Shown here: positions 1-10,032 of the stretch, one piece after another | Layout of the letters: each line of letters opens with the position of its first letter | Numbering within the stretch: the first letter of the stretch is position 1 | Source: Trichodesmium erythraeum IMS101 | GTDB taxonomy: Bacteria > Cyanobacteriota > Cyanobacteriia > Cyanobacteriales > Microcoleaceae | Reading direction: 5' to 3' | Assembly (NCBI RefSeq): GCF_000014265.1 | Contig: NC_008312.1 | Location: forward strand, 3,000,001 to 3,032,000 | Length of the DNA stretch: 32,000 bases | The notes under the pieces: generated by a model | Databases searched by the model: none | Told to the model about the DNA's origin: nothing | The model's input: only the letters and a program-made list of their open reading frames with translations | Position numbers and translations under genes: made by a program

Positions 1-1
1 T

Positions 2-205
2 CGGAAACGAATGTCGGTAGCTGGTAGAGATTTAGCAATGAGATTATTTATCTATATATTAGGTGGAGTTTCTGACAAAATGGAGCGGGCAGAAGTTCGT
101 CGGCAGTTGGCGCAAGCAAGACGAGTTGGAGAGGATCAAGCTGTAGATTTTCAGGGTAAGTTTGTCGAATTAAAAAAAGTAGGATTACCTGAAATTTTAT
201 ATTAA
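2..205 (+). CDS. 3' end of a CDS that runs off the left edge of the window; product not recognised
   Basis: The frame of the listed 11..205 ORF stays open back to position 2, so the listed Met is probably internal. Stop is TAA at 203-205. No family-specific motif recognised in the visible residues. Confidence 0.35.
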   Translation, partial: RKRMSVAGRDLAMRLFIYILGGVSDKMERAEVRRQLAQARRVGEDQAVDFQGKFVELKKVGLPEILY

Positions 206-890
206 AGTATGAGTTTATAGAAGTTATATTATTTCACGGAAGTCAAAATTTAGTATACTTTTAATTTAGATGTTGTCTAGCATTTGTATTTTAAGTGTTA
301 ATTATCTTAGGTATTGACTTTTAATTTAGATATATGCCAACTATTTTTTAAGTAAAATATTCATCGTCTCAACTTTTTATTTTTAACTTTTGAGTTTATA
401 TATTTAGCTATTTTAAATAAATACTTTTCCCAAAACTATTCTTAATTTTGATGATCATATTATTCTCTAGGAATATATTCAGATTAGTATCAATAACTAA
501 TTCTTAATATTCATTTCTTGGAAGTCAAAATTTATGATATAATATTCTTTGTATAATAGTTTTTAGTAAACTAGTAATATAACAATGTTTTTATACCCAT
601 TGAAAAGGACTAAATATTTCATAAATAAAATTTATCTAATAATTAATTAGAGCTTCCATAATTTGATATCATCTCTGAGTAAATACTATGGATATAAATC
701 AATTCTTTATCTAAATAGATGAAATAGATGATAATCATTATCTAAGAATTGACAGACTAATTTCAGTGAAACTAATTTCACTGTATGTGGCGATTTAGAT
801 AAACTTAATAGTATGGTCAATTGTAAGACTACGGATGTTTATTAAAATAGGTAATTTGAGAGCTAGATTAAATAACTCAAGACATATTTT

Positions 891-1781
891 ATGGATAGTA
901 TTTTTATTCAAATAGTTGCTTACCGGGATTTAGAATTAGTTCCCACAGTTGAAGAGGCGATCGCTCATGCTACTCATCCCAAGCGTCTCACTTTTGGTAT
1001 TTGTTGGCAGTATGGTACGGATGAGGAAAAAGATTATATTAGTAAACTTAAAGCTATAAAAAATTGTCGTATTATTACAGTTACAGCTTCTCAAGCTCGC
1101 GGTGTAGGTTGGGCGAGGTCTCTGGTGCAAAAGTTATGGCAAAAAGAACAATATACTCTACAAATTGATGCCCATATGAGATTTTTACCTGGATGGGATG
1201 TGAAATTAATTAAAATGCTGAAAGCCTGTCCTAGTGAAAAACCGCTTTTAAGTGCTTATCCTCCTGCTTACAGACCCCCTAGAGAATTGCTTGGAGATAC
1301 ACCGAGTCGCTTAGAGCCAAGCCAGTTTGGAGATCCTGGTACTTTAACTTTAAAAGCAATAGGAGATTTGAGTAAATGCAGTACTCCGCAACTAGGAGCT
1401 TTTGTTGCTGCTGGATTTATTTTTGCAGAAGGGTCAATTATTGAAGAGGTGCCCTACGACCCGGATATTTATTTTACTGGAGAAGAGGTGTTATTTGCTG
1501 CTAAAGCTTGGACGAAGGGGTGGGATATTTATCATCCTAATTTGAGTGTTTGTTGGCATTTTTATAATACTGGTAAAAAGCGGGTTGTGCATTGGGAAGA
1601 TCATCAACATTGGTGGGTCCAAAATAAGGTATCTGAATCTCGTTTTCGTCAGATTTTGGGAATGGAAACTGCAAAGGAGGATTTTGGAATTTATGGATTA
1701 GGAAATGTCAGAAGTTTGGCAGAGTATGAAGCATTTGCCGGTGTAAATTTTCAGGAACGTTGGTTTATTCATTTTATTTAG
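891..1781 (+). CDS. Glycosyltransferase of the GlcNAc-transferase family (GT60-like, Pfam GlcNAc PF11397-like)
   Basis: 296-aa ORF. The N-terminal IFIQIVAYRD, FGICWQYG and LQIDAHMRF (DxH metal motif) match my memory of the cytoplasmic GlcNAc-transferase fold. Codon usage is clearly less AT-biased than the flanks. Confidence 0.7.
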   Translation: MDSIFIQIVAYRDLELVPTVEEAIAHATHPKRLTFGICWQYGTDEEKDYISKLKAIKNCRIITVTASQARGVGWARSLVQKLWQKEQYTLQIDAHMRFLPGWDVKLIKMLKACPSEKPLLSAYPPAYRPPRELLGDTPSRLEPSQFGDPGTLTLKAIGDLSKCSTPQLGAFVAAGFIFAEGSIIEEVPYDPDIYFTGEEVLFAAKAWTKGWDIYHPNLSVCWHFYNTGKKRVVHWEDHQHWWVQNKVSESRFRQILGMETAKEDFGIYGLGNVRSLAEYEAFAGVNFQERWFIHFI

Positions 1782-1782
1782 G

Positions 1783-1810
1783 GAAGTTAGAAGTTAAAAG
1801 TTAGAAGGAG
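1783..1810. repeat. Heptamer tandem repeat GAAGTTA x3 plus a degenerate fourth unit, starting 2 nt after the stop codon
   Basis: GAAGTTA 1783-1789, GAAGTTA 1790-1796, AAAGTTA 1797-1803, GAAGGAG 1804-1810, read directly. Confidence 0.8.
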
Positions 1811-2589
1811 GTTAATTAACTACAAGTGTGATAATTTTTTCTTATTAACTTTTTTACATTAGGTTTCTTCATAAAAGGTTTTAAAACTCTGGTTATCTAT
1901 TTCAAAATCGGTATTTTTAGATAGGTCTATTAGGTGCTTAATAATATTGAGCAACTCTACTATTTAAAAAAAATATAATTAATTCTCAAGCTGATAAATT
2001 ATCTACTGTCATCCTAAAACCTATTAATTTTTTTTGAGCGACAACAACCTAACTATAAGTAAACATTAAATCTTGATTCTCAGTAACTATTATTATCCAT
2101 TTCTTCTCACAGAAAACTAACTAAAATTATTCCCCACTAAACTTTATATATTCCTGATCCTTTAGAAGAACATTTTCAGCTATATCTATAGGGGAAATAA
2201 TCTCTGCATTTAAAGGAACACTCTGAGGCAAAGTAGGATAATTTCCATATTAGACATCTCCAAAAATTATCAAGGACTGACTGTAACTATCTTTTGGGGA
2301 GCGATCGCCAGCTCCACCAGATGGTCATTTTTTACGGACTTTATAGTATTACAGATAGTTACTGTATTGTTTGAGAATTTTGGGGAAGTTTTATTTCATT
2401 AGTTTCTAACAGTAATAGACCTCTCCAAAATCAAAATCAAGGTAAAATTGTAGTGGCAAATTATATATATCCTGTTTCCAAATTAATAATGTATCAGAAT
2501 ATATTTATAACCATCCAAAAGAAACAAAAATAATTACTGGTATTAGAGATGAACAGCTAATAAAATTAATAGAAAATCCTCAAAAAGTT

Positions 2590-3044
2590 GAAAAAAAAAG
2601 ATGGGCGATCGCCAGCCAAAAAAAAGGTTAATCAAGGCAGGAAGAGCAAGAAAAAAGTCTTTAAGCAAGATAGAATAGATAATGTTGAGCTTATATTATT
2701 TGCATCATGTACCAACATTTTAGCTACTAGGAGCAATATTTGGAGTTAGCTCATCAACAGCAAATAATATTTTTCAGGCTTTGGATAGATATTTTGAGGG
2801 AATTATTACCATCTAATTTACTAGAGAAATTCTCGGGAAAAGAAAAGGAATATTTATGGATAAAAGAGGCTTTGACAGAAATAGAATTGATAGTTGATAG
2901 TATAGAGCAGGATAGGGAAAGGCTAAAAAATGATGATAAACAGAAAAAGTATGATTTAGGAAAGCCAAAAAGTCATAGGTTTAAAAATCAAATAGTAATC
3001 ACAGAAAAGGCAGAATAAATAGTAGATGTAATAGTAGGAGAAAT
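2590..3044 (+). mobile_element. Decayed, 3'-truncated transposase gene (HTH_Tnp_4 + DDE_Tnp_4 / IS5-superfamily-like), copy 1
   Basis: Across frames it reads ...LIKAGRARKKSLSKIE..LYYLHHVPTFQLLGAIFGVSSSTANNIFQ.WIDILRELLPSNLLEKF...IVDSIEQDRERLKNDDKQKKY..KSHRFKNQIV...VDVIVGE, with stops and frameshifts. It is collinear with copy 2 at 4635-5403, and homology stops near 3044. Confidence 0.6.
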
Positions 3045-3098
3045 TAGTTTTTCGGGACACCTGGCTCAAAATCAATTTTTCCTAAATATTATATAGAG

Positions 3099-3270
3099 GG
3101 CCAGGGATTAAAAAAAGAATGGGAAGCTTGTATAAAATATGGGCTGTTCTTAGAAAAAAATAAATAGGGGAGAGCTATAAAAGGCCAGGAAGTAAAAAAA
3201 GAAGGGGAAGCTTGCATAAAATACGGGCTGTTCCTACGAAAAAATAAATAGGGGAGAGCCCAGGAAAACT
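3099..3270. repeat. 84-bp tandem repeat, about 2.1 copies
   Basis: The unit GGCCAGG(G/A)A(T/G)TAAAAAAAGAA(T/G)GGGAAGCTTG(T/C)ATAAAATA(T/C)GGGCTGTTC(T/C)TA(G/C)GAAAAAATAAATAGGGGAGAGC starts at 3099 and 3183. A third copy starts at about 3260 and breaks off. Stops occur in all frames. Confidence 0.85.
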
Positions 3271-3317
3271 ACTAACTTTCTGGCCCCCAGTGAAATAAAA
3301 AGCTAATTAGTGGAGGT

Positions 3318-3348
3318 TTTACCGATATAAATCTTTACCGATATAAAT
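3318..3348. repeat. 16-nt tandem duplication TTTACCGATATAAAT(C)
   Basis: TTTACCGATATAAAT occurs at 3318-3332 and 3334-3348. Confidence 0.85.
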
Positions 3349-3699
3349 ATGACACGCATCGTTTTGTTGTGATGAGGATTGAAAAATAGAAAACTCTATG
3401 ATGTCTGCGATATTTTTGTTTTTTGTAGGCTTAGTTTTCGTAATTTGGTTAAGACACCAGCCCAAGGAAATCTATCTGAAAAATGAAATCTCAAGGTTTA
3501 CTCAAAGTCGGCCATCGCTCCATGGAGATAAAACCAGCAATGGTAACGTTAACAGTGGTGAAGCTGTAGTAATGGCCACCAAGCAAAAGACATCTCGAAG
3601 CAGACACAGACCAGGAGCAGTTAGTGGGGACAAAAACTGCTATCCAAATGCCGAACGGGCTCAACATAGAACCGCCAGACGTGCAAGGGTGCCTTACAC

Positions 3700-4176
3700 A
3701 TCATTCTGTGAGGGAGAAACCGAATTTAGACAAGACTATTATTAAGGAAACCTTGCTGCATTCTCGTAGTGCTGTAACACAAAAAATCGCTGAATTTATA
3801 GTAAAAGAGCGATTTATGGTGGTTACGATCCGTTATACAAGATGCTAAAAGATTATCCTTTCTGTGCGGGTTGCTGCGTCCGACAATGTGTATTAGTGCG
3901 GGACGTGCGGTTGGGGGAATGGGAGATAAGACTATGGCAACTGCGACGGCGCTAGAATTATATCACAATGCTTTTTTAATACATGACGATATTGAGAATG
4001 GCTCGGAGTCGCGACGGGGTAAAGAAACTCTGCACCAAAGCATCGGCATGGCTCGGGCTATTAACGCCGGCGATGCCACTAACATTTTAGCAGTGGGGAT
4101 GCTACTGAAAAATTTGTCGTTCATCGGCGTGCAAAAAACGTGGATGCCGATCGCTGGTTTAGCGACTTGCTTTTAG
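3700..4176 (+). pseudogene. Polyprenyl (geranylgeranyl/farnesyl) diphosphate synthase pseudogene, N-terminal half only, frameshifted
   Basis: The 3871..4176 ORF reads LRPTMCISAGRAVGG...ATALELYHNAFLIHDDIENGSESRRGKETLHQSIGMARAINAGDA, the first aspartate-rich (FARM) region of trans-prenyltransferases with the last Asp replaced by Asn. The upstream part (YDPLYKMLKDYPF) lies in another frame. No second Asp-rich motif follows. Confidence 0.6.
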
Positions 4177-4634
4177 GGTTGGCGGCGCTATCGCCTCCCA
4201 TCAGCAAAATTTTGGAAGCGATATTTACACACAATTTTAGCTGTGACGCTCTATTAGGTTGGGTGAAGGTTTGCTTACTTAATCCAATTGTTAATTATTA
4301 ATGGTTTCGCTATCATGCTCGCAATGGGTTGTTTTCGCTGGGGGTGAGGATATCGCTTGGAAGTGGTTTGTGGGTTTTGCGACTTTTAGCAGTGATCGCA
4401 ATTTGAGTCTGGTTTTAGACCGACGTACTAACAAACATCATTCCGAGTGGGTGTTGTTCTATATCTTTGTTGATTTTGGTAACAAATTCGCAAGTTTTTT
4501 TGGGATCGACTTTAGCCATCGACTGGGAATGGTCTCCAGAGGTGTTGTTACCCCTGCGGTTGCCTGGGGTGATGGCATCAGTTTTTGCCCATCGCAGTTT
4601 GTCGATGCTTGATGCTTTGCGGGTGGAGATAGAA

Positions 4635-5403
4635 TCAGAAAAAAAGTCGGCGATCGCGAAAACAGAAAAAAGATTAATTAAAGCAGGTGGAGTCAGAAAA
4701 AAGAATTTAACAAAGGAAGAAGAAATAATTTTAAAATTATTTTATTGACATCAAATACCAACTTTTCAAAGATTAAGAATTAACTTTGGTATAAGTGAAT
4801 CAAGTGCTAATAATATTTTTCATTACTGGATAGATATTCTCAGATAATTACTGCCAGCAAGTTTATTATAACAAGTAAAAAAAAAGAAAATGAATTGGAA
4901 TGGGTAAAGGAGATATTAACAGAATTATAATTAATTGTAGATAGTACAGAACTAGGTATAAAAAACCAGGTAAATATAAAAACTAAGAAAAATATCAAAT
5001 ATTAAAAAAGAAAAGTTATACTTTGAAAAATCAAATAATAACGACGCCAAAAGGAACAGAAATAGTGGATGTAATAATAGGAGAAAAAGGTCCAATAAGT
5101 GATTTAAGAATATTAATAAAAAACCGGATAAATTTGATAAAAAACAAAAATTTTAAGGAGATAAAGCTGATGAAGGAGTAGAAAGAACTACTACACCAAA
5201 AAAGAAACCAAGAAAAAAAGAAATGCTACCAGAAATTAAAGAATAAAATCAAGAATAAAGCCAAAAAAAGAATATTTGTAGAACATGTAATAAGATTAAT
5301 TAAAATATTTATAATTTCTCAAGAAAGATTCAGATTAAAATATAATAATTATCAAAAAGTAATTTTAAAAATATATGGTTTAGTGCGACTAATAATTGCC
5401 TAA
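4635..5403 (+). mobile_element. Decayed near full-length transposase gene of the same IS family as 2590-3044, copy 2
   Basis: It is collinear with copy 1 (..YPTFQRLRINFGISESSANNIFHYWIDIL..LLPASLL...IVDSTE...VDVIIGEKGP) and continues to the DDE C-terminus (IFVEHVIRLIKIF.ISQERFRLK....GLVRLIIA, stop 5401-5403). It has many in-frame stops and A-run frameshifts. Confidence 0.6.
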
Positions 5404-6068
5404 TTTTTATTAGTATAAATCATCAAAAACTGAGATAACAAATTCATAATTATAGCAATTTCATCCCTCTCTCCTTTATATGTTCTTGGAATGAGTTCAA
5501 CTTTACTAATATCTTGAATAGAGCAAAACAATTTTGGTACTTCATCCTCCTGAGTTTGCCTTCCCGACAAAAATCGAAATCCTACTTTACGTTTAGGTAA
5601 AATTTCTCTTATTAAATACCTTTTTTTTACTTCACCTTGCTTAATATCCTCTATCTCAATTTCCTCTATACCCATTGCATTATCATTCAAAGGTGGTTCA
5701 AAAAATTGTTCTAAAACTCCAACATTTGTAGAAATAAACTCAAAAGTAATTTCTTGATTTTTAATTACTTTTTTACCAGTATTTTCAATGTCGCAAGAGA
5801 TGACATACAAATCTACAACTTCATAATCTTCACCATAAAGGATACTAATATTTTTCTGGTCTATATCTTTTTTGAATTCTAAAATACTCAATATATTTGT
5901 TGTATAGGAAAGCTCCATAGCTTGGTCTTGACGTTGCTTGTTTGATGAGAAATAATTAAATAGAGCTACTGAAAAAGCAGAGATAATAGCAATAGCAACC
6001 TTTTGCCAAAAATCACTATTCTTTAATAGTGTTTGAATTGCTGTTAGATATTCGTTTAAGTTGTTCAT
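5400..6068 (-). CDS. Hypothetical protein with one N-terminal transmembrane helix
   Basis: 222-aa ORF with a hydrophobic segment (VAIAIISAFSVALFNYF) near the N-terminus. No recognisable domain. Its stop overlaps the end of the decayed IS copy 2. Confidence 0.5.
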   Translation of the reverse strand: MNNLNEYLTAIQTLLKNSDFWQKVAIAIISAFSVALFNYFSSNKQRQDQAMELSYTTNILSILEFKKDIDQKNISILYGEDYEVVDLYVISCDIENTGKKVIKNQEITFEFISTNVGVLEQFFEPPLNDNAMGIEEIEIEDIKQGEVKKRYLIREILPKRKVGFRFLSGRQTQEDEVPKLFCSIQDISKVELIPRTYKGERDEIAIIMNLLSQFLMIYTNKN

Positions 6069-6412
6069 ATTCTGGCTTTAAATAACAATAATTAACTTGA
6101 GTTGCTGAATTTGTGATATTAAGCTCTACCATTTAAATTTATATTATATCCAGTTCAATAGTGAAGGCTTGGTAATTAATTCTCAAAGCATTAACATAAA
6201 TTATGCTCATAGCCAAATTTCGGGCTTTTTAAAAGTATCAGAATAGAGGATTTTGGGTATATCTAGACCAAAAAATCAGAAGACAATTCTTACTACTACC
6301 TCCATGGTGACCAAGGCATTTATCCGTGCTGACCTGCTGACCTGCAACAACCCTCACCCCATTAGAAAATAGACGTGCTCAACCTATTATAATTAAAGTT
6401 CATAGTAAAGCT

Positions 6413-7297
6413 TTAATCCTGAGATAAATCCGGATTTTCCCCTACCAAAAATAAATTCCTAGTACCGAAATATTGACAAGAATGAGCAGCAATATTAGCA
6501 GCATTTCTCAAAGCTTCTGTAAATTCTCCATCAAAAATATAGTGACAAAATGCTCCATGAAAAATATCACCTGCACCTAAAGTATCAACAACATTAACTT
6601 TGGGAATTGCTATATTACCAAACTTACCCTTATTCAAATATTTGATAGATTTTTCCCCTTGGGTTATGGCAATATGCCGGATATTTTGACTTGCTAAATA
6701 TTCAAAAACTTCCTCTTGACTTTCACAATTAGGAGGATAAAAATTAGCCGAACAAATAGCATAATCAACAAAAGGTAAAATTTCCTCAAACCCTAGTTTC
6801 CAACTACCTCCATCTATAACAATAGGAATATTTTTTGACTTAGCAAGTTGAGCAATTTCTAGACTTGCTGCCATTTGATGACCGTCAATTAAGACAATAT
6901 CAATGTTGTGAAGAATTTCTGAGCTAATTAATTCTTTTGAGATTTGAGACTTAGTAGCATTGATAGAAATAACAGCACGATCGCCTGTATCTTGAGTAGT
7001 AATTATTGATGAAACTGGTGGTGGTTCAGAACGATTTTTATCTAAGTCTTGTATTCTCACATTATGCTTTTCTAAATCTGCTTTAATTAGATGAGTTATC
7101 GGATGATTTCCTAACACACCGATAAGAGTTGTTTGATTATTAAAGTAGCTAAATGTTACTGCTGCATTTGTGGCAGGACCTCCGGCAGTAACAGCATAAT
7201 TAGCAGCAACAACTTTTTGATTATTATCGGGATAAGTTGCTGTGAGATAAACTAAATCTAAGGTAATTAATCCAACAAATAGTCCTGTTTTAGTCAT
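6413..7297 (-). CDS. PfkB-family carbohydrate kinase (ribokinase-like)
   Basis: It has the TAGGPATNAAV glycine-rich lid region and the C-terminal DTLGAGDIFHGAF anion-hole motif typical of the PfkB family. The start is ambiguous: ATG at 7297 (MTKTGLFVG) or the upstream ATG at 7327. Confidence 0.85.
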   Translation of the reverse strand: MTKTGLFVGLITLDLVYLTATYPDNNQKVVAANYAVTAGGPATNAAVTFSYFNNQTTLIGVLGNHPITHLIKADLEKHNVRIQDLDKNRSEPPPVSSIITTQDTGDRAVISINATKSQISKELISSEILHNIDIVLIDGHQMAASLEIAQLAKSKNIPIVIDGGSWKLGFEEILPFVDYAICSANFYPPNCESQEEVFEYLASQNIRHIAITQGEKSIKYLNKGKFGNIAIPKVNVVDTLGAGDIFHGAFCHYIFDGEFTEALRNAANIAAHSCQYFGTRNLFLVGENPDLSQD

Positions 7298-8679
7298 GTT
7301 TTTTTCTACTTTATAAATTTTCAACAAATAACTTTATAAATAAAGATAAGCATTAAATACTTAACCAATTTTATAGTATTTTCAGTCTTTATAGTTCTTT
7401 GATTGAAAAATATTTTTTTTGTTTTAATAGTCTAATACACCATAATAAGTAGGCCTTTAATTTGAAGTTTTGAGTAGAATTTTTATTATTTTATCTATTC
7501 TTCCCCAACCACAACCGCTCAAAGTCTCCCCATAGCAGATGATATTAGTAAAACCACGTTATATTGGTTCTGTAAATAGTTTAGTAAATCTGATAATTGC
7601 AGATAATCTTTTTCTTTCAAGCAATCAATTATTTGATTTTTTTATTCAGCCTTTAAGCAAACTTTTATTCCTTAATATTGAAGCCTTAAACTTTCTAAAT
7701 CATGAAACAGTACTGATTTTTTTAATTTCACACCATAAACTGTGAGAAACATTTAAGAATTTTTTGTAATATTTTTTTACTTTATGTAAATATTTCCATA
7801 AAAAATCACTTTTATAGCTAAGACTCTTTTTATTTATTTAGACTATGTATGTCTAAAGTATAAAATTATTTAGCTTAATCTCAAAAATCAATTTTTTATC
7901 TTTTGACTGGAGATATTTATTATTACTATTATATCTGTTAAGATATACTCAGGACTGCTATATATCTGTCACAAACTATCTGGAATTGCTGCTATAGATG
8001 GTTAATCATTCTACTTACGTTCAGTTCCAAATAATTAATCAATATAGCAATTCTTAAATCTGATTTGTAAACTTAGCTTAAAGTCTGATATTACCTATAT
8101 TTTAGTAATTTTGGAAAAAAATATAACTCACGAAATCTAAATATAGCATAGAATCTAGACTCTTAAAATGTACGTTATAAATCAGCTATTATACTAGTGA
8201 AGTACAGAGTTATATCTAATAAAATAGATTGGTAATCCGTGTATATCTAAAAAACTATTTTTCAATTCATAAAAAATATCTATCCAAAGCTCTTTATTAC
8301 GAATATAAAGTCTTATTAACTCCCACGCACCTTATTAGGAAAAGTTGGGAAAGTGGTCTTTTTTGAAAAGATTAATAAATCACTAGTATACTAACCCTAA
8401 ATAATTTTTAAGATAAACGATGTATCATGGAAAAGTACAATTACTTAGCTTACCATATTTTACTATATATGATACTTTTTTTTGATATAACTTATAATTA
8501 GTATACTAATTCTGAAGAAGCTTATAAAATATTATTTAGTAAATTTATTTAATTATCATAAAGTAAGAGTAAAAACTATTACTAATTGACGGCTAGCAAT
8601 AGATTTAATTTATCAAAAAGTAGTGTATATAAAAGTAGCAAAAGTGAATATTTTAGTAGAAAATTTAGGAATTCCTAGA

Positions 8680-10032
8680 ATGCCATCTCATTTAACATTA
8701 CGACCCTATCAGGAACAAGCTATTAATAATTGGTTTGCTAATCGAGGTAGGGGCATTTTAAAGATGGCAACTGGTACTGGTAAAACAATAACTGCTTTAG
8801 CGATCGCTACTCAACTTTATCAAAAAATTAGCTTACAAGTATTAATAGTAGTCTGTCCTTATCGTCACTTAGTAACTCAATGGGGAAGAGAATGTGAAAA
8901 ATTTGCCTTCCAACCAATTCTAGCTTTTGAGAATGTAAATGCTTGGCAAAATCAACTTTCTACCATACTTTATAACATTCACTCTGGTAATAAAAAATTT
9001 ATTTCTATTATTACTACTAACTCTACTTTTATCTCAGATAGTTTTCAATCTCAGCTTAAATATTTTCCTGAAAAAACTTTAATTATTGGCGATGAAGCTC
9101 ATCATTTAGGTTCCCCAAAATTAGAGAAAAGCTTACCAAAAAATTTTGGCTTAAGACTCGCCCTATCAGCTACCCCAGAAAGATATTTTGACAGCCAAGG
9201 AACTACAGCAATTTTAGATTATTTTGGTCAAGTATTGCAACCAGAACTAACTTTAGCTAATGCCATTCAACAAGGTGCTTTAGCTCGTTATCTTTATTAT
9301 CCAATTTTAGTAGAGTTGACTGAATCAGAAAGTCGAGATTATGTCAAACTAACCTCTAAAATTGGTTGGGCATTATTATTGTCAGAAAAAAGAAACGTAA
9401 AAATAGAGAAAGAAGATTTAACAGCTTTATTAATGCAGCGTTCTCGATTAATTGCTTCTGCAAAAAACAAATTGACGGCATTAAAAAAATTAATGCTAAA
9501 TCGTTTACAAACAACTCATACCTTATTTTATTGTGGAGATGGATGGGTAGAAAAAAACAATATTTCAAATTTACGACAAATGGAAGCAGTAGTAAAAGTA
9601 TTAGGATCAGAATTAGGTTATCGTGTTAATACTTATACCTCTGAAACTTCGATTAAAACAAGAGAAAAGTTAAGAAAACAATTTGAAAATGGAGAATTAC
9701 AAGGTTTAGTAGCAATTCGTTGTTTAGATGAAGGAATAGATATACCAGCAATTAAAAATGCAGTTATTTTAGCAAGCAGTCAAAACCCCCGACAATTTAT
9801 TCAGAGAAGAGGTAGAATTTTACGACCTCATTCTAGTAAAGAAAGGGCAACTTTATTTGATATGATTGTTTTGCCTCCAGATATGGGTAGAAGTACCTTA
9901 GCAATAGAACGAAATTTACTCAAAAAGGAGTTAAAACGTTTCTTAGAATTTGCTGATTTAGCAGATAATGCTGGAGAAGCTAGGGTAAAACTATTAAGCA
10001 TCCAAAAAAAATACGGATTATTAGATATTTAA
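8680..10032 (+). CDS. Superfamily-2 DEAD/DEAH-box helicase (ResIII-like N-domain plus helicase C domain)
   Basis: LRPYQEQAI (Q-like), MATGTGKT (motif I), IGDEAHHLG (motif II), LSATPER (motif III), QRRGRILR (motif VI). The track ORF starts at GTG 8623. I prefer ATG 8680 (MPSHLTLRPYQ). Confidence 0.85.
   Translation: MPSHLTLRPYQEQAINNWFANRGRGILKMATGTGKTITALAIATQLYQKISLQVLIVVCPYRHLVTQWGRECEKFAFQPILAFENVNAWQNQLSTILYNIHSGNKKFISIITTNSTFISDSFQSQLKYFPEKTLIIGDEAHHLGSPKLEKSLPKNFGLRLALSATPERYFDSQGTTAILDYFGQVLQPELTLANAIQQGALARYLYYPILVELTESESRDYVKLTSKIGWALLLSEKRNVKIEKEDLTALLMQRSRLIASAKNKLTALKKLMLNRLQTTHTLFYCGDGWVEKNNISNLRQMEAVVKVLGSELGYRVNTYTSETSIKTREKLRKQFENGELQGLVAIRCLDEGIDIPAIKNAVILASSQNPRQFIQRRGRILRPHSSKERATLFDMIVLPPDMGRSTLAIERNLLKKELKRFLEFADLADNAGEARVKLLSIQKKYGLLDI

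Noticed and set aside
252-259. Apparent enrichment of the palindrome AGTATACT (252-259, within 8384-8393, within 8499-8508, and 30108-30115) as a restriction or regulatory site
   Set aside because: Four copies against roughly one expected by base composition in 32 kb is too weak to call. Only the pair upstream of the helicase is mentioned as context.
238-534. Short direct repeats in the first spacer: GGAAGTCAAAATTTA at 238-252 and 520-534, and ACTTTTAATTTAGAT at 257-271 and 317-331
   Set aside because: These are real 15-mers, but they are short and AT-rich with no associated ORF or structure. They are likely slippage or duplication noise in decaying spacer DNA.
936-1130. 64-aa ORF antisense to the glycosyltransferase gene
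   Set aside because: It lies entirely inside a well-supported CDS on the other strand and has a low-complexity Cys/Asn/Thr-rich translation. It is a typical shadow ORF.
3398-3848. ORFs 3398..3745 and 3624..3848 in the GC-rich island
   Set aside because: They overlap each other in different frames, and the first has an Arg/Ser-rich nonsense-like translation. The second probably contains the displaced N-terminal part of the prenyltransferase pseudogene rather than being an independent gene.
4301-4748. ORFs 4301..4612 and 4467..4748 in the GC-rich island
   Set aside because: They are mutually overlapping frames with no recognisable family. The minus strand also shows an open stretch (..MAKVDPKKTCEFVTKINKDIEQHPLGMMFVSTSV*). 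This looks like eroded foreign coding DNA whose true frame I cannot determine. The end of 4467..4748 is the start of IS relic copy 2.
6326-6345. Small tandem duplication CTGACCTG CTGACCTG in a locally GC-richer patch downstream of the PfkB gene, considered as an sRNA or terminator
   Set aside because: I could find no convincing stem-loop, U-tract or coding frame. It is probably another eroded fragment.
7539-7745. 68-aa ORF in the AT-rich spacer. The same reasoning applies to 13955..14167 and 25447..25677.
   Set aside because: They have no SD, extreme Leu/Ile/Phe/Asn composition as expected from random AT-rich DNA, and no recognisable motif.
9356-9629. Two overlapping ORFs (70 aa on minus, 87 aa on plus in another frame) inside the helicase gene
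   Set aside because: Both lie within the helicase CDS, whose frame carries conserved motifs. Their translations are Lys/Phe/Ile-rich AT-bias artefacts.
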